A stretch of DNA of 64,000 bases, from contig OZ025803.1 in assembly GCA_964019425.1 (NCBI GenBank), forward strand, positions 1 to 64,000, read 5' to 3'. Every line of letters begins with the position of its first letter. The stretch's first letter is position 1. Shown piece after piece: positions 23,610-36,487 of this stretch. This DNA comes from Flectonema sp. DT1601 (taxonomy: Eukaryota). The translations under genes and the position numbers were made by a program. The notes under the pieces were generated by a model. That model was not told where the DNA came from and did no database searches. It saw only the letters and a list, made by a program, of their open reading frames with translations.

Positions 23610-25759
23610 GTTGCTAAAACTGGTAGTAAAATATAAAATTAACAAGATGATTGTAAAGTAAGACTCTTCCAACTTCACAAGACAAAATTCAGTTTTTTTT
23701 TTTTTTTTCTAGTTTACTTATTACTCAAATGAAAGAAATGCACTTTGTTCCTATTTCCGCATAAAAGTACTTCAAAATCCCAAAATCGTTTTCCTGGTGG
23801 TGTTTTCAGCCTAGGTTCTTCCAGGTCAGTAGAAGTTCTCGCTTGTGTTATCAGCTTAGCAATCCACAGACAATGCATTTATACTGAGGGAAGCAACAGG
23901 TGTATCAGGGACTTCTGTGAAGTCATCATCAGAAACTCACCCCCAATTCACGTAATACTTACCGTTGATTTCTATGTAAGATAACAAAAAGGTTCAGAAC
24001 ATTCACACGACTAAGTGCAAGTGGAAAACTGAGGTTGGATGGCAGCTACCATTTTCTCTCAAGGATGTATCTTAGAAGTAAGAATTGTGTTATCACTTTC
24101 CAATGGACAACATAAAACGACAGTAAGCAGAAACTGCAAAAAGGTAGACGTGGGTCATCTTGCTTGACTCTGAGTTCCCAAATAAACTCAAAAAAAAAAA
24201 AAATAACAGGAATATTATCAACACAACACTAAGAAACAGAATTCTCAAGAAAAACAAAGGGGGAAATTATGTAACCCAGGGACCCGGTTTTGGTGGAAGG
24301 TATCCGAGATTTATTTTGATTTTCTACTAACAAAATTTGATGTCTATTTTTTTTTTTTCTTTCGGTATTTTTTTAGTCGTGCTCGTGCCTAGGTAGGTTG
24401 CATACTCAGATTTCTATCATCGGGTGAGTTAGACCCGATAATCTAGAACAGGAGCAGTGGAACATGATGCAAACGCGAAGCGTAATTACAAAAGAAAACT
24501 AACTCATTTTTGCTAAGTAGAAATTCGACCAAATTCCACTCGTTTCCGTACTCTTTTATGCAAAAACAAAGATCCAGTGAAACAGCTGCGTCCTAACACG
24601 GATAAATATTCGAAGTACCACTATCAGAACATTATCTGTCTCTCTCCGTAGTCATAACGTGCACAACCTCCAACAATACAAATATAACATCAGCAGGTTG
24701 ACGAATCCTCAATGAGGAAAAAATATTTTATGGTACGAATTCCAAGAAAAACGAAAGGTGCTCAGTGGCAATAAAGGTGCTATGGCAATGTGTATCAACA
24801 AAGAATTGCGCACGTCCGTTGTTTTGAATGGGGCACAGACTTGATTCTCTCTACTGCAGTCAAGTTATCACTGACGATACGGTGTTTTTATTTAGCAACT
24901 TTCAGAGTCTCAAGAAACAAAAAAAAATGTGATACCCTTGTGAGTTCTCTTTTTTTCCCCGGTTACACCCGTTCGCTACCGATTTTGTTTTTTTCTTTTC
25001 ACTTTTATGTTGGTCTTACGATCTGTCAATTCTTTTTTCTTGTCATAGTGGGTGGCTTGTGATGAGGTGGCGATTTCGGAAACTATTTTTTTGTGGAAAT
25101 TGGGATTTTCCCTCCTCTTTTTCTTTTTTAATGATAAACGCTTTTGACCACAAACACATAATTTTGCTAAACTAAAATGAGTATTCATGCGCCCCTTTAT
25201 CTCTAATCAGTATGCTGTAGAAACCAGTCAACTCTTGAGACCGAATAACCCTCCAGTAGCAAACCCGGACCTAGAGTGTAGTTTTCTTATTATGCTATGA
25301 AAACAATTAGTAACTTACGACCAAAGGTGATGTTAGCAGGGGTAATTTGATGGGGGGGTAAACAGACGTAAAGGACTCTACATTTCAAACATATCTGCAT
25401 ACATAGAGGGGGGTGATGGTTTGACAATGTAGAAAACAGTAATAAACTTTATAATAGTAAAATAAGTAATAAGGTTAAACTGAAACAATGACAGAAGATT
25501 AAGCATTTTTAGCTAAAAAGCTAGACAATATATTACACTCGAATACGGTCTTAACTATAATGTAGTATAAGTCCAGAAAACGCTGTCGAATCTGGTAATT
25601 CCAGGGGGCACGTACTACAAGTTGAGCGCCCCAGGGCAGTCCGTTACAACGATTCTTGTATTCGTTATCATGTTTTTTTTTAGAAAAGCTAAGTTCGTAT
25701 TTGTTAGTTCGCTTCTAAACAGAACTATGCCTTAACCTTGACATCTGGATTTCTGAGTT

Positions 25760-25991
25760 TTATGAGTTTATTATAAAAAAGTGCATTAAATTAAAATATA
25801 AAAAAAAAAGAAAAATTATAAAAACGCAATTGTTCTGCTGTTCCATAATACACTGTGGAATACGTAGTTTCAGGCCTTAATCTTATACTACTTGTCCCTC
25901 TTAAACCTTAATCAGTAAGTTCTAAGGGGCTTCATTTCAGTTTATTAATAAATCCGATTTATAAGAACTAATTTCTTAATGTCGATCGGAA
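25760..25991 (-). mobile_element. Solo 3'-end copy of the PLE-like element flanked by a 23-bp direct repeat (TSD)
   Basis: Near-identical to ~18239-18470. CTTGACATCTGGATTTCTGAGTT occurs at 25737-25759 and 25992-26014. Confidence 0.8.
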
Positions 25992-28424
25992 CTTGACATC
26001 TGGATTTCTGAGTTACTAATGACTTACTCATTTCCACGGTGTTGCTTAGATTCTTCTCTCTCTTCCTCATGGGTGAAACTTTGACAATGTAAAACAGTAA
26101 TAAACTTTTAAAATGTAAAAGCTTCGGTTAAACCGAGGGGACTGCCTTCTTGAGCTAAGGGGGGGAGTAATTTGATTTCTTAAGCTCAAAGGGGGGTGGG
26201 GGTGAAACTTTAACATTTGTTAATCAAAGAGAGGTACGTTTAAAATAAAGCTTTTTTTTTTGGGAGGGGTAATTTGATGGGGGGTGGGTGGGCCAGAAGT
26301 CATCCTTCGCTGTTGGTGTACGCAATAAAAACGGGCAGAAACTGTTACTTTCGCGGTTAGCTGGGTTAGTTCACGAAATAAATAAATAAATAAATAAATA
26401 ATCAACTAATATTGGTTTTTTTTTTTTTTTTTTTGTGCCGACATAGTGGGAGAAGAAACAACTCAGATTGAACGCTGATATTGCCTATTCTCACTCATTT
26501 CCCCACGTGATAGGGTTTTGGTTCTGTCTGCGTTCAACGAAATACAAGTCCAATCTCAATGGAATAAACTACACCAGTAGAGGACCATTCACGAGGATTG
26601 CATTTCAAAAAAATTCGGCTGGTTCAATTTACCAGCTGTAACCTTGCCCAGAGACAAACAAAGAGACTTAACGGTTGAAAACAAAAGAGAGAAAAAAAAG
26701 AAACAATCAGGGATGGCGAAGATGGGAGTGAGAACAAAATATCATTTCTATTCCATGTATAAAACCTTTCTTCATTAAATAATAGTCGTGTGTCAACCGC
26801 CGAAACATGACCGGTCCTGTCCGTTATTGATAGGGGCTTACCGAAAAAACAAAACTTAGTCAACAGGAATAACTTTTCTTATTCTGTAAGGAGAAGCTCA
26901 AATGAGACACTCTTACTCTTACTACTACAACTGCACGGAGGATGCAGATACCCTTCAGATATTCTGAAGAAAACCAAATGATCGCACGAATCTGACAACA
27001 ACAAAGTAAAAAACGATAAAAAACCTACACAGCTAATCACCATTTTTGGGGCAAAAGTGCTTTTCACTTTTTTCTACATAAGATTTTGATGAAAAAGGAA
27101 TTTGTTGCAAAGAAAAAACAAAAAAAACAAAAAAAAAAAGCTAAATTCAGAATTTTAGCATCGAAATCCCTGAGACCCTGACGGCTCGATTTGTCCCTTT
27201 TTTTTTCCATACCAGTTGAAGATTCGTAAAAAATAAAATTAAATTGTAATCAAGATTTCCGATACCAGTTTCTACTCCGTGAAACATTTCAAAAAAAAAG
27301 GGAACCTAACAACAGTTTGGTTATCACACAGCATTGCTGTGCGACCGAAAACTATTAGCCTTCGAACACGTTGTAAGGCTAACCTGATTAAACAAAACAT
27401 TATTTTTCAACTTCTTTTTTTTTAATTTGATTTGGCTTAGAAACTAAAATGTAAAAAAAAACGACCGAGATTCGGACCCAAGCACTTTATTTGTTTTTTT
27501 TTTTTTTTTTTTTTTTTTTGAAAAAGTAACTTTTGAGAGGGGGAGAAAAACATCAGATTGGGAAAGAAAGAAAAATGAAACGAAATAGTCTCGACAACAT
27601 AAATCAGTAACTATTACTATTTTTCATTCGAAAGAACAAATGCACAAGGTACCGATTGGGGGGGGGAAAAACTGAAGTGGATGGGAATTGAAATAACTAA
27701 AAGTCCTAACAGCAGTTTGTCAACATCTTGATTGGTGCTGCAGGCACATTCTTAGTATGGTAAAGCTTAAACCGCCGTCACTTGGTATAGTGGCTAAGTA
27801 TTTTAACGTGGGGTGAAACTTTGACAATGTAAAAAACAGCAACAACTTTAGGCACTAAAAACAAAATTAATATCAAGTACTTGACTGAAAAAATATTTGT
27901 AGTTGTTAATCAAAGAAAAGGTTCAGAAAAAAAGAAAAGAGAAAACACAAAATGGAAATATAATTGAGCCTTTCGATCTTATTCGGTAATTCCTGAGGTG
28001 AGGTATAATGGGGTTAAAGAATTACTTATATATAGCTTGGCACTGCTCGTCACAAATCAGAAAATCCTTTACGATACACACACACAAAACGGTTTTGTTT
28101 TTTCGCAGTCACTAGGCCGATTTAACCTAAAGTAACAAGTCGGTTTGGTTTAGTTTCAGCGACGCAACTAGAGAAAAGGAAAAGGGAGAAAGACACCGAG
28201 GGGCAAAACGGGAACGGAATTGTGATCTGTGATTAATTATATTTCCTTCCATACAGAAGTGTGGATGCAAAAATATGTGTTTTCTGTCTTATTGACCAGA
28301 AGACGTTGTCGAATCTGACAATTGCAAGCAGGGGGGGTAAATAGATATTATATTATCAACAATCTCTCGGGCAATCTTGACTTGTTGAGCTTCAAAATTC
28401 CCTCTTTTTTTTTTTTCTTTTTTA

Positions 28425-28835
28425 CTATTTCTGGTACTTTTGCCTTGTAGAAATTATGTTTGGAATTTGCTTTTCTTGCCCGGATTTCCCGCGACTTAGA
28501 TGCGAGTGTCAGCACAGGTGATCAAAGTGTGGATGACATGCAGACTTGTCATACCGACCATTTTCAAAGTGCCCACTAGCATCAGCCTAAAAGTGTAGAA
28601 TCTTGTCCTTCTCATGCATCAAAAATAACATCTTCTTCCCCCAGCCACTGGAACATAGAGCTTGTAGCAGCATCCTTAGCTCCAGATTCTAGAGCTCGCC
28701 CCAGTACCGGATTTGGGTTTTTTGGATAGTATTTCGTGGGGTGTTAGGTGTCCACAGGATAGCCTAAAAGTAAAAGTTGGGGGGGGGAACTTTGATACTG
28801 TATTTTCAAGGGGAGGGGAGGGTTTCTGCACCCCC
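28425..28835. mobile_element. Internally deleted relative of the Sola2-like element
   Basis: Shares gatgcgagtgtcagcaca, ccagccactggaacatagagcttgtagcag and the right TIR (gccccagtaccggattt...gggtttctgcacccc) with 11705-13455. Confidence 0.75.
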
Positions 28836-30085
28836 ATGTATTTTTTTATCTTCTTGACCAGAATCAAGGATTCTAAGGGTTTTTATTGATTTACGTATCT
28901 TTCATTGTTAAGTGATATTGGTTATACGATACTACACAAAGCAATTAGTACATCACTCTTGTTATGCCCACACGGGGGACTTCGATAAATAAATCAAGGT
29001 TAACACGCAACAAAATAGACATGCATTATCATAACTGGATTCCGTCCACACATAATTACACAGATAACCTGTGTCATGGTCAAGGAGGGGGTGAAACATT
29101 GACAATGTAAAAACAGTAACAACTTTAGGAATTAAAAAGCAAAATCCAGGCCAGGGGGGAGTAACTGTTCGAGTTTGTACGTAAAATACAAATGTATTGT
29201 ATCATAAACAACATAACGATAATTTAACATTAGTTCTGAGATACAGTGACTAAAGGTAATGTTAGTCACTGTATCAGGCCAGGGGGGGGATATGAACCTT
29301 CTTTTGACTATACATCTTCCGCACAATTGAGAATCGCAACCGATTACTTATGCTACCAGGCTTTCTTTGTTTGACTGCACAAAATACTAATGGGATGATA
29401 ATAATAGGATTCATCAGATGCTCGAAAAAAAAAAAAAAAGAAGTTTTTCACTAACGGTTTGATATCTTTTGCGATCTTACAAGCGGTCGATAGAAAGTTA
29501 AATAACTAAAACACCCTAACAGTGGTCGTAGATTCAGCTGAATCATCCGTTGGAAAGAATCGTTGGCTTTTTTACATAAAAGGTGTACGACGATATCGAC
29601 AAGTTCTTAACCTTTACGACTGCATTTTCGGGTCGTCGGCGTAAGATATAAAATAAAATAAAAAATCTTTAAATAATATGGGAAAATTAAACTCCCGTCC
29701 TTGCTGACTGACAAAAGTTTTCATGTTCTTTGTTGGGTGAGCAGACGGTCGTCAAGGCGTCAGATAAATTTCTTTCATCGAATTCGAAATCAAATTTTGA
29801 TATTTCTTACGACGAATAAGTTTATATTTATCTCACGCGATCTTTCTAAGAAAGACGTAAAAACGAATAAGATTTGATTGATTTCGTTCATTTCCTCTTC
29901 TTTTTTTTTTTTTTTTTTCGTTCTTTTTTTTTTCTTTTTCTTTTTTTTCTTCTTTGCTTGTTTGAAAATTGCCTTGCTTAGTTTTGAACTAAGCAAATTT
30001 GGCCCCCCATTCAGAATGAAGGAACTATCCAACAACAGATGGCAGAGGCACATCGCGGAAGTATAGTTTCTGTAATTGTTTTTGT

Positions 30086-31294
30086 TTACCTTTCGGTAAG
30101 CACTCCTTTCATGACTAGTTCATCGTAAAAGTGATTCATATACAACTCAAATGGAACTCCTGATTCCCAATCCACCATATTCTTATTTTTGATAATAAAG
30201 TCCCGCTTCTCCTTATACTCAGTTTGATTCATCCTCGCGAGGCGGAGGATTCCTTCTCTGACAATGCTTTCCTTAAATGTTTTTGGATTAGCTTCCACGT
30301 ACACAGTGAACTTATGCCATGGAATGAATTCTGGAAGAATACTGTACTGCATTGGATGAGTCAAAACAGGAATAGTTCCACTGAGAATCGTATCGACAAG
30401 TCGGTTGGAACCGGGAGTGTCTCCAGCAAAGTGAAATCCAAATTTAGATCTGGCAAGTGTTGGGCACTTCAGACCCTTTCCACAAACTTCCGATTTCACA
30501 CCTTTTGTTTTGACGATAACATCACACACTCTCTTTCTGAACTTATAGATTTCCTTTGATTCAATACTTCCAACGAAAGCAACGTCATGAGTCTTCTCAG
30601 TGTGAGGACAACCAACGCCAGTGTATGTTGAAGGTACGTAGACACTTCTACCTTTAGGACTTCCCCAATCCTCGAAAATGATTGCACTGCACTGAATTAG
30701 GAACTTTGAGTGATGCTGAAGAATTGGGTGGTAATGAGAAGAGACTACAATGTGATCAGCTCCACGGTATCGATGAAACCATTTCGAGTTGTTCAGCATA
30801 GAATCCATCTTGTGGACTAAGTCCACTCGGCAGATTTGTCCGATGCAGCAATCTTCCTTCGCATTTTTAACAGGTTTTCCCTTATTGTGATCGAAGTAAA
30901 GATCAACTAGTCTATCGCCAACCATATTAAGGAATCCGGGTACTACAAATAATTGTGCTTCTTCAGGATTCATAGTGCGCATTGGGTGATCAAGAGCAAA
31001 TTTAGTAAAGTAGAAATCATCAAGGTGCTTAGGGACGTATGTTAAGGTCTTGTGTGTGATTGTTCCGTTGTCGTGAATAGGCTCACCGTTAATAGTCATA
31101 CTCATCCAATCCAATTCATCATACACGTAAAAAGGAACTTCCAATATCGTACCGTACTCGAGATGTGGTTTTTCTACTACTTTTTCTACTGGCACCTGAT
31201 TCGGCGCGTGATGACCACCATTTGCGTACAGGAACAAAGCCGTGCAAGCAAGGGATACTGCCCAAAAGATTATGCGCACGTCAATCTTCCACAT
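30086..31294 (-). CDS. Exostosin-family (GT47) glycosyltransferase, paralog lacking the KVVKEEE stem
   Basis: Highly similar to the catalytic domain of 21777-23609. Likely start is MWKIDVR (31294), before the TM anchor. Confidence 0.88.
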   Translation of the reverse strand: MWKIDVRIIFWAVSLACTALFLYANGGHHAPNQVPVEKVVEKPHLEYGTILEVPFYVYDELDWMSMTINGEPIHDNGTITHKTLTYVPKHLDDFYFTKFALDHPMRTMNPEEAQLFVVPGFLNMVGDRLVDLYFDHNKGKPVKNAKEDCCIGQICRVDLVHKMDSMLNNSKWFHRYRGADHIVVSSHYHPILQHHSKFLIQCSAIIFEDWGSPKGRSVYVPSTYTGVGCPHTEKTHDVAFVGSIESKEIYKFRKRVCDVIVKTKGVKSEVCGKGLKCPTLARSKFGFHFAGDTPGSNRLVDTILSGTIPVLTHPMQYSILPEFIPWHKFTVYVEANPKTFKESIVREGILRLARMNQTEYKEKRDFIIKNKNMVDWESGVPFELYMNHFYDELVMKGVLTER

Positions 31295-33596
31295 CTTATT
31301 CTTTAAATGATACCTAATAATAAAAAGAATATTAACTTTAATTATCGAATTCATCTGTTGAAAGGTTATCATCATCTCAGTGGTGTGTTCTGTTGGAGAC
31401 GTAATCCATAAGAAGTACATGAGATACAAATCAATAAATCACAAAAAAAAGAAAGAAACTGCGAGAACAAAGAAGTCACCTGATTTGCTGATTCAAAAAA
31501 AGAGGGGAAACAAAAAGGTAAAAATCTCAAAGAAACAACACTACTCAGACAAGGAGTATCGAGATGGGAGGGGAAAAGGACTCTTATTTTTTTTCTTTTT
31601 TTTTTAAAAAAAAATATCATTGGTAATTCTTATTTTTACTATCACACGGCGTTTTTACTATCACACGCCTAGCGATAAAACGAAATCACGAAATTACGTA
31701 AACTACCTCTTGATCCCCCCATTCCCACGATTATGCAAATAAATACATGCGACCTGGACCTTCACCATCCTAAACTCTGGGAGATCTGATAATGACAGAT
31801 CAAGACAACGTTGCTACGAACGCTTTCGTTCATCGGCTATACAGAAGATATGTAAGTAAACTATACATTTTCCTTACTTTTTTTTTTTTAAAGTGCCGAA
31901 TATGTTTTTTTTTTCTTTGTTTTTTTTAAAATGCCGGGAAGAAAACACACGTCAGTTGTAGTTCTTTTGCTTTTCTTTGCCAGCTAAAATTACTAAAACT
32001 GGAGTCTTAAAAAGTGTAAGCCGGATACAAGTTGCCTCCCATCGTGAATCTTATGGGTGATCGAAGTAATAACGCCGTTCCAAACTAATAAGACACACGT
32101 CAGGCGCACTTCTTGTTCCGGCCCTAGCATGCTACATTATCACCCCGACGTACCTCGTTGAAAGTTCTTTTTGTTCGTTAGTAAGTCGAAAGGAACTGAA
32201 TGAAGGGGAATGTGAATAAGATGATTTAATCATTCTCTTGATATCATATACTGAAGTTGTAAAATAATCTTTTTTTTAAAAAATGAATCAAGAGAGTGAA
32301 TAAGTAAGGAAGATGCCTTCGGCTCTGATAACAAGAAAAAAAAAAAAAAAAGTTAAAAAACGAAAGACAGCATACCGAAAAAAGGGACGAACTATTTTTT
32401 GTTTCTTTTTGCGTTTTTTTTTTTTACTTGAGAAAGGTAATGTTAGGAAAGGCAAACACAGAGGGGGATAAACCCAGAGGGGGAGGTGATAGTTTGACAA
32501 TGTAGAAAACAGTAACAAACCTTAAAATACTAAAACAAGTATTAAGGTTTAACTCAAGAAAAACACAGAGGGGGAATATATATTTTTTTTTTTTAAAAGT
32601 ACTTTAGGAATATGTAATTGGCTGGCTCATAAAGTGTTCTGTTATAGAATTCATTATATTGAATCACGTACAAGGAAAGAAGGGGGGGAAAAAAAACCAA
32701 CCGTATTAGACAGATAAATACAAAACTTGACCACTATTTGATCACTACGTAACGTATTGAATACCACCCTACAGTGGCTAGATGCTTACCCAGTAGTATG
32801 TTTGCGAGTCTGGCGTCATAATGACTGCACTTGCTCGACGGTGTAAAGTGGCACATTGTTTGAGAAAAATACATAGATTGGTATTAAAAAGAAATTTATA
32901 CTTAAACAAAAGTCTGCCAGATGCGAAATTTAAAACATTATGCGTCCGATTAGATATTCGGCGAACTGGCCGCACTAATTTCCGTGTGGCAAGAAAAAAA
33001 CAACGGTCAAAATTTTCATTATTGAAAAAGTTATAATTTTTCAATTACAACAATAAGGAATATAAAAATAGATAAGCGAAATATCTTTTTTTTTTTTTTT
33101 CTGTATTTATTTTTGTTTCTTTTTTTTTCTGGACGTGCTAATTAAAAGGGAAAAACTACAAGTTAATTCTTTTTTTATTTTCCGTCCCTAGCTGTTGCTA
33201 CATCAGAATCTTGAAAGTCTGAAATGAGTGAACCGACTCACCCTAAGCTTGGCTTACAAAGCTATCAAGCCTGGGTCCAACGAGGAAAGTCCCGACATAG
33301 TCAACCCTCAGTTCAAAGGCAAAGTACCAAAAGATGTGAACTGTCGAAATTGTAAAACGAGTTAATTTAAAACTTCAATAGTTTCACACTTTAGTACCAC
33401 AGAGTTGATGTAAACGTACAGTCCATAATCCAAAGACGGAAGGAGAGAGATTCGTGTCTTCAATCAGACATCATTAACGATATGTAAACCTTTTATTTAA
33501 TTTCCAATATAATCAAGACAACAACGATCATTGTTGAATTACTCAGTAGATATTTCAACACGTGTGAGGGTCCAGATGACTTCCCCGCCAACGTGT

Positions 33597-35825
33597 TTAT
33601 CTTCTCAACATCGGATCACTTGGCTTAGGTGGAAGAGAACAAACATGAGCCATACACCAACCTCCCCAATTGTAGTACGAAACTGGATCTGGTGGTTTTG
33701 GACATTCACCTTGAAACAGAAGAGAGTTTCCGTTGCCATCGTCTTGTTGTGCAATTCTGGTCTTCATACTGAGAGGAAGAAGATGAGTATCTGGGAATCG
33801 GTTCATCATGTCAGCGAATACCTCCGGGTAAGGAAGGATACCATGAAGAATCATAGAAGAGTCTGTGATGTTTTGAAGAATCGTCCATTCGTTTCTCGCA
33901 TCAATTCTGTGAATGCAATGACCTCTGCAATCTCTCACAACATTAAGACGAAGGTTAGCAAGATAGAACCATCTTCCAACCATCACATCTTCGTACATGA
34001 AATCAAAATCTTCGGAGATCACAGAGTCTCTCATCCAATCGACGAGATCGTAACTCAACGTAACCAACAGTCCTGAAGTTCTGGAGATTCCAAACCACGG
34101 GAGAAACCGTCCGTGATAAATTGCTGGGTACGCAAATGATTCCAACTCATTCGCCAACATGTTCAATCGGTAGAAAGCATCATCGTCTCCCTTACAAACG
34201 TAATCTGCCTTCACAAAGTCAGCAGCGTACATAAAAAATGCATACGACTTGCGACTCATTCCGATGTGGCAATCAACTCCCTTTGGTCCCACTCCACTCC
34301 AGTTTCCTTCCTTCATATCGAAGAACAGAATGTCTTGTGCCTGAACAGCTTCCTTCAGAATCCCATTAGAGTATGTGTAATTAGTCGAAGGATGGTGAGC
34401 CAACAGATACTTTGCGAGGACATTCGCATGAGGACTCTTCTTAACATTCCAAACTTGATGGTAGGTAAAGAAAGAGTTTCTTTGAAGGTTTCTAAAGTAC
34501 GCTCCCTTCTTCGTGTCAACTGAAGGGATTCCAAATAAAACAATCCAATGCTTTGTCAGGTCAGCGTCATTCGGAAACAAATCTTCTCTTTTGTGAGGAA
34601 TGTAACGAGGGATACGTTGCTTTCTTCTGTCGGTGGACCAAATAAAGTATGTTTCAGGGTGCTGCGATCCTCTAATCTTCGAACGCGCTTCAGCCAAGTC
34701 ATCAAAGTAAGGCACCAACTCTCCCGGATGTTGAAGTGTGAAATTAAGATACGGCACTTCCACTGGCCTCTGAAACAGTTGACTGAACTTCGACCACTGT
34801 CCTGAGGTGTCCGTCTCATTCTTCCACCTGTTACACACCGACAGCAATAAGTTACTGATACTGCTCGCCTCCTGTGTTTTTTATTGTTGTTAAGATGTTT
34901 ATGCCGAGTGAGTGCCTTGTGTACGTAATTGTGTGAATAAAATAACTGAACATACACAAGCGATCCAAGGGGCTTGGTTAAAAAAGAATACACTAATTTG
35001 ATTCATCTTATAAAGAACGTACTCAGGGTCCCTAATAACAACTCCCGTACTGATACCATAACGGAAACTGAGGTTTCCCCAATCGTCGTCACTCGAATAG
35101 AAGTCGTTCATGAAATCTTGGAAGCAGGTCCCACGATGGGTTCTTGCCTTGCGATCCATCTTTTTGAAAATTCTTCGACTTGGGTTAATGACCATAGTAG
35201 AGGTTGAGAACCGATTTGTCCACCACCCTCCCGTATCATAAAGTGGAGCTGCTGCCAGTTTGTTGCCGGGTTTGAGAGGCATAGTGGCCAATGAATTAAT
35301 ATCACCACTAATAAAGGATCGAACATCCAAATAAATAATTCGTTCGATTCCATTCATACCCCACAAGGCGCGGAGTGCCAGCTGTTTAGATGAATCGAAG
35401 CCGCTCTTCAGAGTACAGATCTTCCATCCAGCACCCATCAATATTTGTCGGGCAGAGAGTGACATCTTGTTGCTCGGATGCTGCAAGATCCACGGCGTGA
35501 ATGGCTTTCCCATCTTTGCGTTCGCACGTCGGAGCATACTCTTCATTGCGTTGACCTCACTCATCGTTTCATCACCGCTCATCATTGTCCACAAAGTAAG
35601 GTTCTCAGTCTTTGAAGTACCTAAATTCTCACAAAGAGGGAATATCGCCGAATGGGGCTGATTTGTGACCGTGTAAGTAGTCATCGGTGATGCACGAAGC
35701 AACACGTTAACCATCGCCAAGAAGAAGATGGCCATAGTCGCATGAGCCGCCTTGCTCTGCATGCAAGTCCGCTTTTCAACAACTGGTGTCTCCCCCACTT
35801 TACCCTTGGGTTCTGGAGACTGCAT
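33597..35825 (-). CDS. Two-exon fusion glycosyltransferase, GT8-like domain + GT67 (SCG/UDP-Gal:beta-GlcNAc-type) domain; exons 35825-34956 and 34871-33597, ~714 aa
   Basis: Intron 34872-34955 (GTATGT...ACACAG) joins ...QAPWIAC|EASSISNLLLSVCNRW... in frame. GT67 motifs GIPSVD, YLLAHHP, IGMSRK, KGDDD, EDVMVG. GT8-like motifs RIIYLD, AAP, VINPS, QDFMN. Confidence 0.8.
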
Positions 35826-36456
35826 ATGTTTTATTAAATGTAAATAAAACTGAGAAAATATAAATATGTTGAAACCACAACTACCTAACCACCACACCAA
35901 TGTAAACGTTGCACAATCAGGGGATAAGAAAGAAGACATTTAATATAACCACTGCCCATACTCTAACTGAATTCATCTGTTGAAAGGTTATCATCATCTC
36001 AGTGGTGTGTTCTGTTGGAGACATAATCTTTATAAGTACACGAGATACAAAATAAAAAAAACGATTCAAAGGGGACAGATTCGAGTTGTTTGCCTGAGTT
36101 GTTTGCCTTTTTTTTCTTTTTATTCTGATACGAATCTTGAAATCCAGGAAAAGTTTTTGCGGAATTAAGAATTTTCCTTTTTTTTTTTTTTCTTGCTGTT
36201 CACGGTGAAAGCTGCCTTACACTACGTACTGAAAGTCAAAATAGTTCTAGCGTGGGTGGTCTTTTGAAAGCATAACTTCGGACCCGTCAATTCGCGGCGC
36301 CTCATATTAATAAGTTGAACGAGTTCAAGTCACTTCCCCAATAGCAGATCCATGTCCTCAGTGCTGACGCTATACTAGTCACGTAATGATTGGGTTCCTA
36401 AGTTCTCAAAACTTGGGTTCTAATGTGAACAAATTTCCGGCTTGGCGTGAGGTAGG

Positions 36457-36487
<31 letters not shown>

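Noticed and set aside
22743..23636. + strand F/L/H/N- and P/S/Q-rich ORFs
   Set aside because: Antisense shadows of the KVVKEEE repeat.
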